Of a stretch of DNA of 64,000 bases, positions 10,615 through 21,015 are shown piece after piece. How positions within the stretch are numbered: the first letter of the stretch is position 1; every line of letters begins with the position of its first letter. The stretch comes from a virus (Duplodnaviria; Caudoviricetes): positions 64,001 through 128,000 of IMG/VR virus record IMGVR_UViG_3300031134_000004. One strand, written 5' to 3'. The notes beneath the pieces are model-generated. The model saw only the letters and a list, made by a program, of their open reading frames with translations, did no database searches and was not told the DNA's origin. A program made the translations under genes and the position numbers.

Positions 10615-10697
10615 TTAGGCTACTGGGGGTTCCCGGTGGCCTAATTGCAGAAAGCATCTAAGAGCCGGCTGGGGGTTCCCGGCTGGCTCTTATGCCG
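10615..10697 (+). terminator. two tandem hairpins sharing a ctgggggttcccgg core; the second ends in TATGCCG
   Basis: ttaggctactggg-ggtt-cccggtggcctaa and taagagccggctggg-ggtt-cccggctggctctta. Confidence 0.65.
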
Positions 10698-10750
10698 CGA
10701 TTGTTGTGTTATGGATGGATTTTATGATCATCCATTTTAAAGGATTTACC

Positions 10751-12283
10751 ATGCCCAAGATTTTACTGACGGTGCCTGAGACTGAACTTAGCGTTACCCG
10801 TCCTGTGGTGTTTGACATTACGCGTCAATTGATGAAAGACACCGGCATCTCAGATAAGACCACGATTTCGTATCCTGGCTTTCAAGAACAAAATGCCCAA
10901 CCCAATTCCTTGATTAGTGATTCAAGTGAATCGGACATGTTCCCATTTAACGACCGCATTACGGTTGAGGTGCAAGAGAGCTATACTGCCGACCGCATCC
11001 TTTCGGAAGCAGCGTTTGAACCAGAACACTTGTTTGTCTTCCGGGACGACAAGATCATGACGACTATCAAGCCTGTCTACAGCATGGCTGACATCGTCAT
11101 CAATATCAAATTCCGCGCTGCAGATAGTACGTCGGCTAAACGTTGGCGTGACGACATGCGTGCTCGTATCGGCATGATGAAGGATGAGCGCTACCACACG
11201 GTATCGTACCACTACCTCATTCCGCCAGAGTTCATTTACATCTTGAATGAACTGCACCGCATGCGCGAGGCTGTTGAAGGTTATGGCGACACCATCGACC
11301 AATACCTTAAAAACCACCTGACAACCAATGCGTCGATTCTGACCAATCTGGCTGGTAAGCAAGGTCAATGGGGCGTGGCTGAAACTCAGCAGCGTATTGT
11401 GGGGTACTTCGACTTTGATCCGACACCAGACGAAGGCTCCAAAGAAGACGAAGGCGACACCTCTACCACGACGGTAGCCTACAAGTTCAGTTACGAAAAG
11501 CCCATTGCTTGCGCGATGTCGTATCCACTGGTTATCCACAACCAATTGCTCAGTGAGCGTTTCCGCCCGAGCGAACAGTTGCCTGACCCTGCCTTTGCCA
11601 TTACCTCGCGTACGGCCAGCATGATGGCGTGGGAGCCGTTTGAAGTGGCTATGTCTAAAGGGTTGATCGAAGGGATTGCTGTACCGTACTTCGATGAATT
11701 CATTCCGTCGTCAGTGCCTGCTAAGACCAAGCGTTTGGTGACCATGATGACTACGCTGGACCCAGTGCGACCGAACATGCTTCTCACCCCAGAAGAGTGG
11801 GCAAGCATTGGATTGAATCCCGTCATCCTTGCCTTCATGAAAAAGGAAGCACCATTCATGACGCGCCGGTATCAATCGGTTCTTCAACTGGACCTGTACC
11901 GTAACGGCAACATCGTGCCACAAGACATGATGGAGATGAATGGAGCGTTGCAATTGATGGCAACAGAAGCGTTGTCACTGCGGGACAATTTCCATGTACG
12001 CTTTAGTGTCGTGGAAGACTTGCGGCTCTTGCCACCTGCTGCAATCGATCGGATTCGTCAGAATGGCGCTGCAGCGCAGATCATCTTGGACTACCTCGCA
12101 CCTTGGTTAAGTGGCGTGGGTTTGATTCCAGAAATCATCATCCGCGACATCATCGGTCGACAAGACCTGGAAGCTGCCATTGACACGATCAATAGCGGCA
12201 TCATTTCAAACGGCAATGGACAAGGTTACCAGATCAATACGGTCAACTCCATTTTCGTCCAAGCGTTTAAAGGACAACCATAA
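10751..12283 (+). CDS. phiKZ gp98-like virion structural protein
   Basis: aagga SD before MPKILLTVPE; about 510 aa; position after the internal head paralogs. Confidence 0.6.
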   Translation: MPKILLTVPETELSVTRPVVFDITRQLMKDTGISDKTTISYPGFQEQNAQPNSLISDSSESDMFPFNDRITVEVQESYTADRILSEAAFEPEHLFVFRDDKIMTTIKPVYSMADIVINIKFRAADSTSAKRWRDDMRARIGMMKDERYHTVSYHYLIPPEFIYILNELHRMREAVEGYGDTIDQYLKNHLTTNASILTNLAGKQGQWGVAETQQRIVGYFDFDPTPDEGSKEDEGDTSTTTVAYKFSYEKPIACAMSYPLVIHNQLLSERFRPSEQLPDPAFAITSRTASMMAWEPFEVAMSKGLIEGIAVPYFDEFIPSSVPAKTKRLVTMMTTLDPVRPNMLLTPEEWASIGLNPVILAFMKKEAPFMTRRYQSVLQLDLYRNGNIVPQDMMEMNGALQLMATEALSLRDNFHVRFSVVEDLRLLPPAAIDRIRQNGAAAQIILDYLAPWLSGVGLIPEIIIRDIIGRQDLEAAIDTINSGIISNGNGQGYQINTVNSIFVQAFKGQP

Positions 12284-13641
12284 TGCCATTACCTATTATC
12301 ACCCCAAGCGTCACGCAACCTGCCCCCAAACCCCCAGAACCGATCATTGCGAAACCAGAACATCAAAGCACGATTGTCGACACCCGCTACGAATCGACGT
12401 CTTCGCTCATGGTCAATGTGGAAGGCAGTCCTTGGACGGTTGACTGGGTCAGTCAGGTACTCGACAAGGATTCGCCACTGTCGGGTCAGCAAGTGAACCA
12501 AGCGGCGCTCTACCAGCAATACAGCTTGATCAAAGAGTTTGAGCTGCGCGTGACGCAACCGCTGTCCACGTCGCAAGATGCGGCCACCAAACAGATGGTA
12601 GTCACGGGCGCTGCCAACGTGTTCTTGATCATTCCTAATAACGGCGATATGTTCTTCGCAGACATTGGCGATGGTCGGGAAGGTATCTTCAAGATCACCC
12701 ATTCTGAACGCAAGTCGTATTTGAAGGGTGCTGTGTACGCTGTTGAGTATCAGCTCATCGATTACGCTTCGCCAGTGCGCAAAGCAGACATCAATAGCAA
12801 GATTATCAAGACGCGCTACTTCGTTAAGAACTTCATGCAGTACGGTCAAGACCCACTGCTTGAAGAAGAAGATTACCACATCATCCAAGAACTCGAAGGA
12901 CGCTTGCACGAAATGACGCAGCGTTACTTTAAGCTCTTTACGAGTAGCGAGTTTCGTACCCTGATCGTTCCAGGTCAGCAGCACTACGTGTACGATGCGT
13001 TCTTAACCAACGCCATCATGTCGTTCTTCACTACGTACGACGCGCCTGAGATTCGGTACATCCGCAAACTCAATGTGCAAGAAGACCACTTGATGAAGTC
13101 GCCAACCATCTGGGACGTAGTGCGTGATCGGGATTTGAGTTTGCTCAAGTTCTGTAACCGTAAGGTCGGACTGATGTCAACGCGTTCGTTCCACAAGAAC
13201 CCAATGATGGATGGAATTTATCATTCCGGCATTCACTATGTAGTCTACCCGAAAGACCCTGAGTACGGGGTGGATTACGAAATGCACGGGAAAGAAAAAG
13301 CGCTCTCTGGTGAAGTCTTGCAACCTACGTCATCGCGCGTGCGTCGTCTGGCTGACTTGGTCGGTGACAAAGAGTTCGACGGCTTAACGTTGCCGGACTG
13401 CCCGCCGATCTACAAGGTTGCGTTTGACGACCATTACGTGTTGTCAAGCCACTTCTATAACGACACGACCAAGCAATCGATTCTCGAACGCTGCGTACGT
13501 GACTACCTCGAAAACAAAGCACCGAACCTGCGCGCACTGCGTGCACTGTGTGCAACTTACCATGGCTGGGGCGGGTTGGAACGGTTCTACTACATTCCGC
13601 TTTTGCTCATGCTTATTAAGGCTACGATTAGGAGTTTCTAA
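12283..13641 (+). CDS. phiKZ gp99-like virion structural protein
   Basis: Coupled start/stop. VEGSPWTVDW and IIPNNGDMFFADIGDGREGIF motifs typical of phiKZ-like virion proteins. Confidence 0.6.
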   Translation: MPLPIITPSVTQPAPKPPEPIIAKPEHQSTIVDTRYESTSSLMVNVEGSPWTVDWVSQVLDKDSPLSGQQVNQAALYQQYSLIKEFELRVTQPLSTSQDAATKQMVVTGAANVFLIIPNNGDMFFADIGDGREGIFKITHSERKSYLKGAVYAVEYQLIDYASPVRKADINSKIIKTRYFVKNFMQYGQDPLLEEEDYHIIQELEGRLHEMTQRYFKLFTSSEFRTLIVPGQQHYVYDAFLTNAIMSFFTTYDAPEIRYIRKLNVQEDHLMKSPTIWDVVRDRDLSLLKFCNRKVGLMSTRSFHKNPMMDGIYHSGIHYVVYPKDPEYGVDYEMHGKEKALSGEVLQPTSSRVRRLADLVGDKEFDGLTLPDCPPIYKVAFDDHYVLSSHFYNDTTKQSILERCVRDYLENKAPNLRALRALCATYHGWGGLERFYYIPLLLMLIKATIRSF

Positions 13642-14264
13642 TGTCCTGCTCATGGATTCCACCCGAAGAACGTGACACACGTTGGCCGATCTGGCACAAG
13701 AAGTTCTTGTGTCGGGTCAACGCGTTTAAGAGTCGCTCACTGGAACACGTCGAGCACTTCGGCGTACCAGTCTCTGGTGATCCACTGTACGACCAAGCCA
13801 TGATGCAGGAAGACATTCAGCGCATGCTCAGTATTGATGAGATGGTTGAATTCTTCCGGCAAGGTCTGGTTGTCGGTGTGCTCAAAGAAAAAGAAACGAA
13901 AGCGATTTACGAACACATCACGGACCATTTGGAAGCGTGGAAGAAGAAGATCGAGAACGGTTGGCATGTACGGGAAGCACCGATTGAAGACTTGATCCTC
14001 ATGGACAAGTTTGCACACGCTGTTCACAAGCATGCCCGCCACCACTTCACGACGGAAATCGTGGAATCGATCCTTGCCCGCCGCATGTCCGGTACGCTGC
14101 GTATTTCGCGTGACAAGATCTTGGGTGCTGGTCCAAAGACACAAGTGGTCAACAAGCTCGAAGAAGGTGAGGAAGAAGAAGACAAGTTCCCACAACGCCA
14201 GAGCATGGCTGATCTCTTCGCTGCCAAATCCGACATCGCGCGAGGAGCACCGAAGTGGAGATAG
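13641..14264 (+). CDS. conserved phiKZ-like hypothetical protein (gp100 position)
   Basis: Coupled to neighbours, 207 aa, synteny. Confidence 0.6.
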   Translation: MSCSWIPPEERDTRWPIWHKKFLCRVNAFKSRSLEHVEHFGVPVSGDPLYDQAMMQEDIQRMLSIDEMVEFFRQGLVVGVLKEKETKAIYEHITDHLEAWKKKIENGWHVREAPIEDLILMDKFAHAVHKHARHHFTTEIVESILARRMSGTLRISRDKILGAGPKTQVVNKLEEGEEEEDKFPQRQSMADLFAAKSDIARGAPKWR

Positions 14265-15607
14265 AACACACAGCACTTTATCGTGAAGTCGAAGCGATCG
14301 TGGGTGATGTGGTCAAACCTGTCCACTTCAGTTGGCGTGCTGACATCCACGTCAATGGCGTAACCTACACTCCACTGAAATTGTTGTCGATCGATACGGT
14401 GCAAGACTTTGAAAGCAATTACGCTGACGAAGTTTTGGTCACGCTTGCCGTCTCTGGTGGTACGTACGCCAAACGCATCTATCCGTTCCAAGACAAGATC
14501 GACATCACGCTCTACCGCACACCACTGCGGGAAGTGGCCGATACGACGGATGAAGAACAAAGTCCCTCGTACGAACGCTATAGCGCAACGCTACTTGAAA
14601 ATGGCAATCCACTCATTGAGGCCAATAGTCACAATAGTCCCAGTGAAGAAGCGATGAACTTGACCAACATCTTTGAAGTAACGTTCCAATTGGTAGGGAA
14701 AGGATTGGAGCAGCTTCGGATGAAGTCAGTCGGTCGCATCTTCCGAAACACGGATGTGGAAAGCGTGATTAAGACTTTGATGACGAATGATTCCAAAGCC
14801 ATCAAGGTTGACGGCGTGAATCTCCCACAAGGCGTGACGATGGTGGAAGCATCAAACAAAGCCATCCGTCCATTCGTGGAAATCCGTCATGGCACCAAGC
14901 TCGTTGACGTGCCGCAGTACGTACATCACAAGTGTGGCGGTGTCTATAGTGCTGGCATGGGGTATTACCTCTACCGCAACTTTTGGCACATCTATCCGTG
15001 TTACGATACGACGCGCTTTAATAAGGCGCTCAAAACCATGACGCTCATTAATTTGCCCAGCAATAAAATGCCAGGCATTGAGCGTACGTATCGTAGCAAT
15101 GGTCGCAACTTGGTGGTCTTGGCAACTGGTGAAGTCAGGCTGAAAGACGATTCAGAAGGCATGCAGTTAAATGCAGGCAATGGCGTTCGTTTCGCTACGA
15201 CCAAGGGCATGATGGAAGGCACGTTCGTTAAGACCAAAGGCAACAAGACTTCCGGTCAGCGCGGCGTGAGTACAAGCGAGTATGTGGCGAGTGAGCGACG
15301 TAATGGACAGAACAATGTCCACATTAGCCAAGATGCGATTACGGCCAACCCGTACATCGAACACAGTAAGCTTGCTCGTCGTCAAGGCGCGCTCATGACG
15401 TTTGTGTGGGAAAACTCCCAGCCAGATTTGATTGCCCCTGGCATGATGATCAAGGTCTTGTATGTGGAAGAAGGCGACGTCAAAGAAGTCTACGGCACCC
15501 TTCTTAAAGCGCACCACTACACCCAGCTGCGTGGTCAAGGTATGCAAGCGAGCCGCTACATTTCACAATCTGCACTTGCAGTATTCATTAAACTCATTAG
15601 GGAGTAA
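14255..15607 (+). CDS. phiKZ gp101-like virion protein, putative baseplate hub
   Basis: 450 aa with GVYSAGMGYY and WENSQPDLIAPGM motifs; beta-rich; synteny. Confidence 0.6.
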   Translation: MEIEHTALYREVEAIVGDVVKPVHFSWRADIHVNGVTYTPLKLLSIDTVQDFESNYADEVLVTLAVSGGTYAKRIYPFQDKIDITLYRTPLREVADTTDEEQSPSYERYSATLLENGNPLIEANSHNSPSEEAMNLTNIFEVTFQLVGKGLEQLRMKSVGRIFRNTDVESVIKTLMTNDSKAIKVDGVNLPQGVTMVEASNKAIRPFVEIRHGTKLVDVPQYVHHKCGGVYSAGMGYYLYRNFWHIYPCYDTTRFNKALKTMTLINLPSNKMPGIERTYRSNGRNLVVLATGEVRLKDDSEGMQLNAGNGVRFATTKGMMEGTFVKTKGNKTSGQRGVSTSEYVASERRNGQNNVHISQDAITANPYIEHSKLARRQGALMTFVWENSQPDLIAPGMMIKVLYVEEGDVKEVYGTLLKAHHYTQLRGQGMQASRYISQSALAVFIKLIRE

Positions 15608-15609
15608 TT

Positions 15610-15885
15610 ATGGTTGAACGCTATCGCGATCTGGGTATTTCGTTTGAGCCGACTGTCAAGCTTGAGCAATTACCGGTCGCTGGCGCGGTTGCACCTGGCG
15701 CGTACATGGCCCGTAGCGCTTTCCTTCTTGTGGACGTTATTGCACAAGACACCAAGACTGGCCGCGTCACTATTGAGTTCAACCAACTCGATAGTGAGAA
15801 CAAAGCAGTTGATACGATCAGTGCTGAACTGTTCAATCAACTCTTTGCACAATTGCCACCGATGACCCTCGGTAAGCAGGCGTAA
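15610..15885 (+). CDS. hypothetical protein
   Basis: ggag SD, 91 aa, followed by hairpin plus TATGCCG. Confidence 0.7.
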   Translation: MVERYRDLGISFEPTVKLEQLPVAGAVAPGAYMARSAFLLVDVIAQDTKTGRVTIEFNQLDSENKAVDTISAELFNQLFAQLPPMTLGKQA

Positions 15886-16005
15886 TAAGAGAGGGCTACC
15901 AGCCCTCTTTTTATGCCGCAAAATGTAAAAGTAAAAAGATATCTTATGCTTAGGACGCAGTATTCATTTAACCATTTACCTTGATATTCGATTAAAGGAG
16001 TAATC

Positions 16006-16719
16006 ATGGCTGTTGAACCCAAGCCGTTACTTCTCTATTTGGACTTCACGAAGCCTCCAGCTGAAATTATTGTTGAATTAATCAACTACTGTAACGGCAC
16101 GTCGCTCACTTCGGACATGCTCACTTATGGCTTACCGGCAGTCATTACCGGCAACCATAACACAGTGGTGATTGCAAGCTCGACTTCTACGTCCCCTTAC
16201 GAGGGTGATTTGGAAGTGACGTACAACCGTATTGATTTGGGCGAGTATTTTGCTGACCTTGACAAGTTCTTGGTCGCTGAAGATGGTGCACGGTATGTCT
16301 CCGATATCATCCCCCAGATTAATGCCACGTACAAGCTGAACTTAACGCGTGACGATTACCTCGATGCACCTTTACCGGACTCCAGTCAAACGGACAGTTC
16401 GCAAGGCGCTTCGTTCGTCCTAAAAGCCAATCCGCGCTCGTTGATCTTTATCGGTCAAGTAGCCTTGCGTGTGACCAATAACGACACCACGCCAGCGCTC
16501 GAGCAAAATGTTGTGATTCGGACTTACATCTTCCAAGATGAAATGCCGCTTCGCATCAAACACAACATGAATTCCGTTGACTTCATTGAATCCATTCGTG
16601 GAGTTGACAATCGAAGAATTTACGCCAACGTTGTCGCGGTCGATGAAATGGAGATTCTGGTTGAGTTCACTGAACCAGAGTCCGGTCGCATCACGATTGC
16701 GTTTGGCATAAATCCATGA
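16006..16719 (+). CDS. virion structural protein (YNRIDL-type jumbo phage paralog domain plus C-terminal HNMN beta module)
   Basis: aaggag SD. VTYNRIDL motif resembles MYRRLSL of 37505-38056. Confidence 0.6.
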   Translation: MAVEPKPLLLYLDFTKPPAEIIVELINYCNGTSLTSDMLTYGLPAVITGNHNTVVIASSTSTSPYEGDLEVTYNRIDLGEYFADLDKFLVAEDGARYVSDIIPQINATYKLNLTRDDYLDAPLPDSSQTDSSQGASFVLKANPRSLIFIGQVALRVTNNDTTPALEQNVVIRTYIFQDEMPLRIKHNMNSVDFIESIRGVDNRRIYANVVAVDEMEILVEFTEPESGRITIAFGINP

Positions 16720-16764
16720 GTCGTGAAGGCTCTGTAATTTTCTGTTATTTTTTAAGGTATAGAC

Positions 16765-18468
16765 ATGGCATTCCCAAAACACCACGGTATTGAACTGGCC
16801 AAGAATAGCTGGATCAAGAACCTGCACCTCGAGCCACTGGTTGCCGATCCGGTTGCCCCGCTGACCGCTGGCCGTGCATGGCACAACACCACCGACGGCG
16901 TGTTCCGCTACACCGTCGACATCGATGGCGTTACCGTTGTTCGCACCATCGCTGACCTGGAAGGCGTGCAAGCTGCGATCGCTTCGCTGCAAGCCGCACT
17001 GTCCAAGGAAGTCACCGATCGCACCGCTGCCGATACCGCTGAAGCAACTGCGCGTACCGAAGCGATCGCCTCGCTGACCGAAGCCCTGGCAACGGAAACC
17101 GCATCGCGCATCACCGGCGACCAAGCCGAAGCACAAGCACGTCTGGACGGTATCGCTGCTGAAGCTGCTGCTCGCTCGGCCGCTATCGCTACTGCTGCCC
17201 AAAACGCTGCTGATGCACAAGCTACCGAAACCGCCGCCCGTCTGGCTGGCGATGCTGCCGGTAACACCCGCGCTGACGCAATCCAAGCCGAACTCGATGC
17301 TTCGCAAGCTGCCGCCGGCCTGAACGTCGACGGTACGTACACCGCACCAGAAAACACCACCTACCTGGGCGAAGCTGTTTCGCTCAAGGCAGCTGACGTT
17401 GCGCTGGATAAAGCGCTGGTCGACGAAGTCACCCGTGCCACCAACACCGAAGCCGCCCTGGCATCGGCGCTGGCCAACGAACGCCAACTGCGTGAAGATG
17501 GCGATGCGAACCTGCAAGCCCAGCTCCAGGAATGGGTCAACACCCAGCTGGAAGGCAACGAAGCATCGGACGCGGCTGAAGTTGCTGCCCGTATCGCTGG
17601 CGATGCTGCCCTGCAAGCTGAACTCGACCAAACCCAAGCCTCGATCGGTCTGAACACCGACGGCACCATGGGCGGTCTGGAACAGACCAACTTCATGGGC
17701 GAAGCTACCACCGTCTTCGGTGCTGCTTTCGCGCTGGACAACCAACTGAAAGTTGTCACCGACGGCCTGGTTGCTGAAGCACTGGCACGCACTACCGCCG
17801 ACGAAAACTTCCACACCCAGCTGCAAGGTGAAGCCACCCTGCGCGAGACGGCTGACCTGGCACAACAGGCTGAAATCGACAAGATCGAAGCCGGTGCTGG
17901 TCTGGAAACGGATGGTTCGTACGCCGCTCCTACGGCCTCGAACTACCTGGGTTCGGCCACCAACCTGAAAGACGCTGACACCAAGCTCGACAGCGCCCTG
18001 AAGGTTGTGTCGGATCGCGTGGACGTCATCGAGACGACCGCCATTCCACAACTGGCTGCGCAGATCAGCGCTGAAGTCGAACGCGCTACTGCTGCTGAGA
18101 GCGCTAACTCGACCGCAATCGCTGGCGAGACCAACCGTGCACAAGGCGCTGAAGCTGCCCTGCAAGCGAAGATCGATGCACTGGTGGTTGCTTCGGGCGA
18201 CGGCGCTGCTGCGCTCAAGACCAGCCTGAACGGTCGCATCTTCACCTACAAGGCTGCTGAAGCAAAGCTCACGCACACCATCGAACACAACCTGAACACC
18301 GAGTTCTACGTTGTCGACGTGATGGTCAAGGGCGCCGACGGCGTGTTCCGCAAGGACATCATGCCAATCGAAGAAGACGAAACCAAACCACTGGACGCCT
18401 TCGTCATCACCCTGAGCGAAGCGGCGATCATCAAGGTCGTCGTGGAGAACAAGTCGCCGATCGCTTAA
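16765..18468 (+). CDS. alanine-rich coiled-coil tail fibre/whisker-like protein
   Basis: Recurrent E..R..A coiled-coil segments, three ~42-aa repeats QAE(L/I)D...(A/I)GL..DG starting at 17284, 17614 and 17866, and a C-terminal HNLNT module. Confidence 0.65.
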   Translation: MAFPKHHGIELAKNSWIKNLHLEPLVADPVAPLTAGRAWHNTTDGVFRYTVDIDGVTVVRTIADLEGVQAAIASLQAALSKEVTDRTAADTAEATARTEAIASLTEALATETASRITGDQAEAQARLDGIAAEAAARSAAIATAAQNAADAQATETAARLAGDAAGNTRADAIQAELDASQAAAGLNVDGTYTAPENTTYLGEAVSLKAADVALDKALVDEVTRATNTEAALASALANERQLREDGDANLQAQLQEWVNTQLEGNEASDAAEVAARIAGDAALQAELDQTQASIGLNTDGTMGGLEQTNFMGEATTVFGAAFALDNQLKVVTDGLVAEALARTTADENFHTQLQGEATLRETADLAQQAEIDKIEAGAGLETDGSYAAPTASNYLGSATNLKDADTKLDSALKVVSDRVDVIETTAIPQLAAQISAEVERATAAESANSTAIAGETNRAQGAEAALQAKIDALVVASGDGAAALKTSLNGRIFTYKAAEAKLTHTIEHNLNTEFYVVDVMVKGADGVFRKDIMPIEEDETKPLDAFVITLSEAAIIKVVVENKSPIA

Positions 18469-18486
18469 GCATCGGGAACTTCGTCT

Positions 18487-18516
18487 AAAAAGGAGGGGCT
18501 TCGGCTCCTCCTTTTT
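18487..18516 (+). terminator. intrinsic terminator
   Basis: aaaaggaggggc-ttcg-gctcctcctttt followed by a T-run. Confidence 0.8.
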
Positions 18517-18548
18517 ATTTTGTCTACCCAGTCAGTTAGAGAAAGAAC

Positions 18549-19229
18549 ATGACACATAACACTAAAATGACATTTCACGGCAGTGTACGTGTGGCGGGGA
18601 AGGCATCGCGAGTCAGTAATCTTCAGCTGGAAATGGCAACAACTGATCCACCCAATTTGGAAACTAGCCGTGTCTGGTTAAACACCACAGATAAGGCAGT
18701 GAAGGTTGTTGTAGGAATCAAAGCTGACGGCGCACCAGAAGTCTTGTCGCTATTAAGTAATCTCAACCTGAGTTCTGTTATTCGCTACATCTATTCAGGT
18801 GTTGTAAATCAGATGACAGGTTCGTCAATCATTTCGATTGATTCTGTTGTACCAAGCGCTGTTGCCGGTACACTTGTGTGGACGCAACTCATTACACCTA
18901 AGTCAAGTAAGTCAAAGTTCTTGATTGACTTTACTGCGATGGTCGATTGCGGTGTCATTCTCCTTGGCTCGCGTCTTGCTGTTGCAACGCTGTGGCGAGA
19001 CAGTACCCTCATCGCGTTTGATGTTGTTTCATTAGGTAATGGTAATTCACCACAAAAAGTCTCGTTTCATGTTACTGATCAATTTCCCACTGGTCTTGCC
19101 AGTGCGCGCTATACAGTGCGTTTTGGTCTGAACACCAATGGTACGTGGTATCTAGGGCGCCCAGCGCTGGCGAACTTAGGTGGTGCAAACCGAACAAGCT
19201 GGACGATTACCGAGTACGAGACTTCGTAA
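18549..19229 (+). CDS. fibre-associated protein with C-terminal beta-sandwich
   Basis: N-terminal RVWLNTTD motif like RAWHNTTD of the upstream fibre; beta-rich C-terminus. Confidence 0.55.
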   Translation: MTHNTKMTFHGSVRVAGKASRVSNLQLEMATTDPPNLETSRVWLNTTDKAVKVVVGIKADGAPEVLSLLSNLNLSSVIRYIYSGVVNQMTGSSIISIDSVVPSAVAGTLVWTQLITPKSSKSKFLIDFTAMVDCGVILLGSRLAVATLWRDSTLIAFDVVSLGNGNSPQKVSFHVTDQFPTGLASARYTVRFGLNTNGTWYLGRPALANLGGANRTSWTITEYETS

Positions 19230-19349
19230 TCGACAAAGAATCTTAACCGCAGCTATCTACAACTTGGATGGCTGTGATAAACGAATAAAGACAACCCTTG
19301 TCTTTAAGTGTGCGGGAGCGTTCCCGCTTTTTAATGAAGGAGTGAAATC

Positions 19350-19820
19350 ATGGATCGCGTGACCGTGGTTTTCACAAAGAGCAACTTCAGCTTCATCTCG
19401 TGGCTGATTCGTTGGGCTTTGCCGCGTAGTCGCTTTGCGCTTGCCTTGTCGTCGCACTGCTTGGTTAAACTCGGTAATGAAGTAGATGGTTACCGTACGT
19501 TTGACATGGGTTTCGGTATGGAACTCAAAGAAGTCGATTGGCAAGACGCAATGAAAGACCGTGTTGCCGTGGCCACTCGTATTTATCTTGTCCCAGATTT
19601 GGCAGCAGGCATTGCCTTTGCCAAGATGCAGTTGGGTAAGAAGTACGACACCAAAGGCGCGTTTGGCTTAGCAATTGCTCCTAGCCGGGATTGGTCCAAT
19701 GAAGAGGACTGGTTTTGCTATGAGTTCGCTGCAGCCTTTCTCAAAGCGTCAGGACTGGATATCTTTCACAGTCTTGCTCATATCACGGAAACAGCACTAC
19801 TCTCTTTGCGAAGTCATTAA
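19350..19820 (+). CDS. permuted papain-like (YiiX/NlpC-P60-like) cysteine hydrolase
   Basis: N-terminal SH (ALSSHC), central LGKKYD and C-terminal WFCYE: the His-before-Cys order of permuted NlpC/P60 enzymes. Confidence 0.7.
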   Translation: MDRVTVVFTKSNFSFISWLIRWALPRSRFALALSSHCLVKLGNEVDGYRTFDMGFGMELKEVDWQDAMKDRVAVATRIYLVPDLAAGIAFAKMQLGKKYDTKGAFGLAIAPSRDWSNEEDWFCYEFAAAFLKASGLDIFHSLAHITETALLSLRSH

Positions 19821-19977
19821 GGCAGCATACGGGCTGGGGGCAACCCCAGCCTTTATGCCGTCTAAAAATACTACTTAGGCAAATCTTTTAGGTGGAGCCT
19901 ATTGAAGATAGTTTCAACCATATATTCCTTAAGTGAGATGATTATCGTCTCTTGAATCTTTTCACTTAGGAGAAAGC

Positions 19978-20103
19978 ATGTATAAGCGTTTTCTGAAAGA
20001 TAGCTTGGCAACAGCTATCGGTTTTGTGGTGCTTTTATCCCCCATGATTATGGCTGGGTACGAAGCGCCTTCGGACGAGCCTATCGTCATCACAGTCCCA
20101 TAA
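19978..20103 (+). CDS. small membrane protein, 41 aa (below the ORF-track cutoff)
   Basis: aggag SD; MYKRFLKDSLATAIGFVVLLSPMIMAGYEAPSDEPIVITVP with one hydrophobic segment. Confidence 0.55.
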   Translation: MYKRFLKDSLATAIGFVVLLSPMIMAGYEAPSDEPIVITVP

Positions 20104-20121
20104 AGCAAAGGAAGCCTCACC

Positions 20122-20586
20122 ATGAAGTACGGTCGCACCAATCCCAAAGTCCGTTACCAGCCTAACCGCTTTCAGAAGTTCTTGAACCGCGTTGGCACGG
20201 TGTGTCTCTTTCCTTTCGCTTTCCTCTGGTTCTTTTTGATGGAATGGATGCCTGGCCTTAAGAAGCTGTGGAATCCTGAAGTCGTCAAGGTCTACATCGT
20301 TGGTAGCAACCTCAGTAACCAACACCATGGCGTAGCGCGCTGCACCGGTGCTGTCAAGATCAAACAGCATGCCTCCCAACGCGACATGCGTCAACGTGCC
20401 ATGCATTTGTCTGTTGTTCCCGGTCCTGAATACGAACTGGCGTTTCGTGTGGATCGTCCAGAAGAACTGAAAGACCCGAGCCAAAGTACCATGCGGGCCA
20501 TTCAAAAGAAGTTCGAGGAAATCGGTTACGAGATTCGTAGCGTGATCCTTAAGGTGGATGGGCAAGAATTCATCCACATGTTTTAA
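20122..20586 (+). CDS. hypothetical membrane-anchored protein
   Basis: aagga SD; hydrophobic VCLFPFAFLWFFLM segment. Confidence 0.65.
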   Translation: MKYGRTNPKVRYQPNRFQKFLNRVGTVCLFPFAFLWFFLMEWMPGLKKLWNPEVVKVYIVGSNLSNQHHGVARCTGAVKIKQHASQRDMRQRAMHLSVVPGPEYELAFRVDRPEELKDPSQSTMRAIQKKFEEIGYEIRSVILKVDGQEFIHMF

Positions 20587-20640
20587 ACGAGTAGCGCTCT
20601 TTGCTACCACTCACTAACTTAAACTAGAAAGACCATCATC

Positions 20641-21003
20641 ATGAACATCTTCGAAAAATTCTTCGGCAACAAAACCAAATACGACAAGCTCGAACTGCGT
20701 GTCTACAAGCAAGCCAATGCCCACGGTGAACACGGCCGCGTGAACGTCACCCACGTCAAGCATGGCCTGGTGGAAGCATCGGTCGCTATCGTCTTCGTTG
20801 GCGTGACTACCCCGCCCAAGATGGACCGCAACACGATGAACTACCTGTGGGAAGAACTGATGCACCAAGGTTACATCCCACACTACGTCGAAGCGTACGG
20901 CAACAACAACGAGATCGTCAACCCAGTCTCGGCACCTGCCGCAGAAGTAACTGGTCTGCCCAAAGCCAAAGTCGAACACATCAAAGAACCGCAACTGCAA
21001 TAA
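20641..21003 (+). CDS. hypothetical protein
   Basis: Strong phage codon bias, 120 aa. Confidence 0.75.
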   Translation: MNIFEKFFGNKTKYDKLELRVYKQANAHGEHGRVNVTHVKHGLVEASVAIVFVGVTTPPKMDRNTMNYLWEELMHQGYIPHYVEAYGNNNEIVNPVSAPAAEVTGLPKAKVEHIKEPQLQ

Positions 21004-21015
21004 AGGAAGCGTGTC

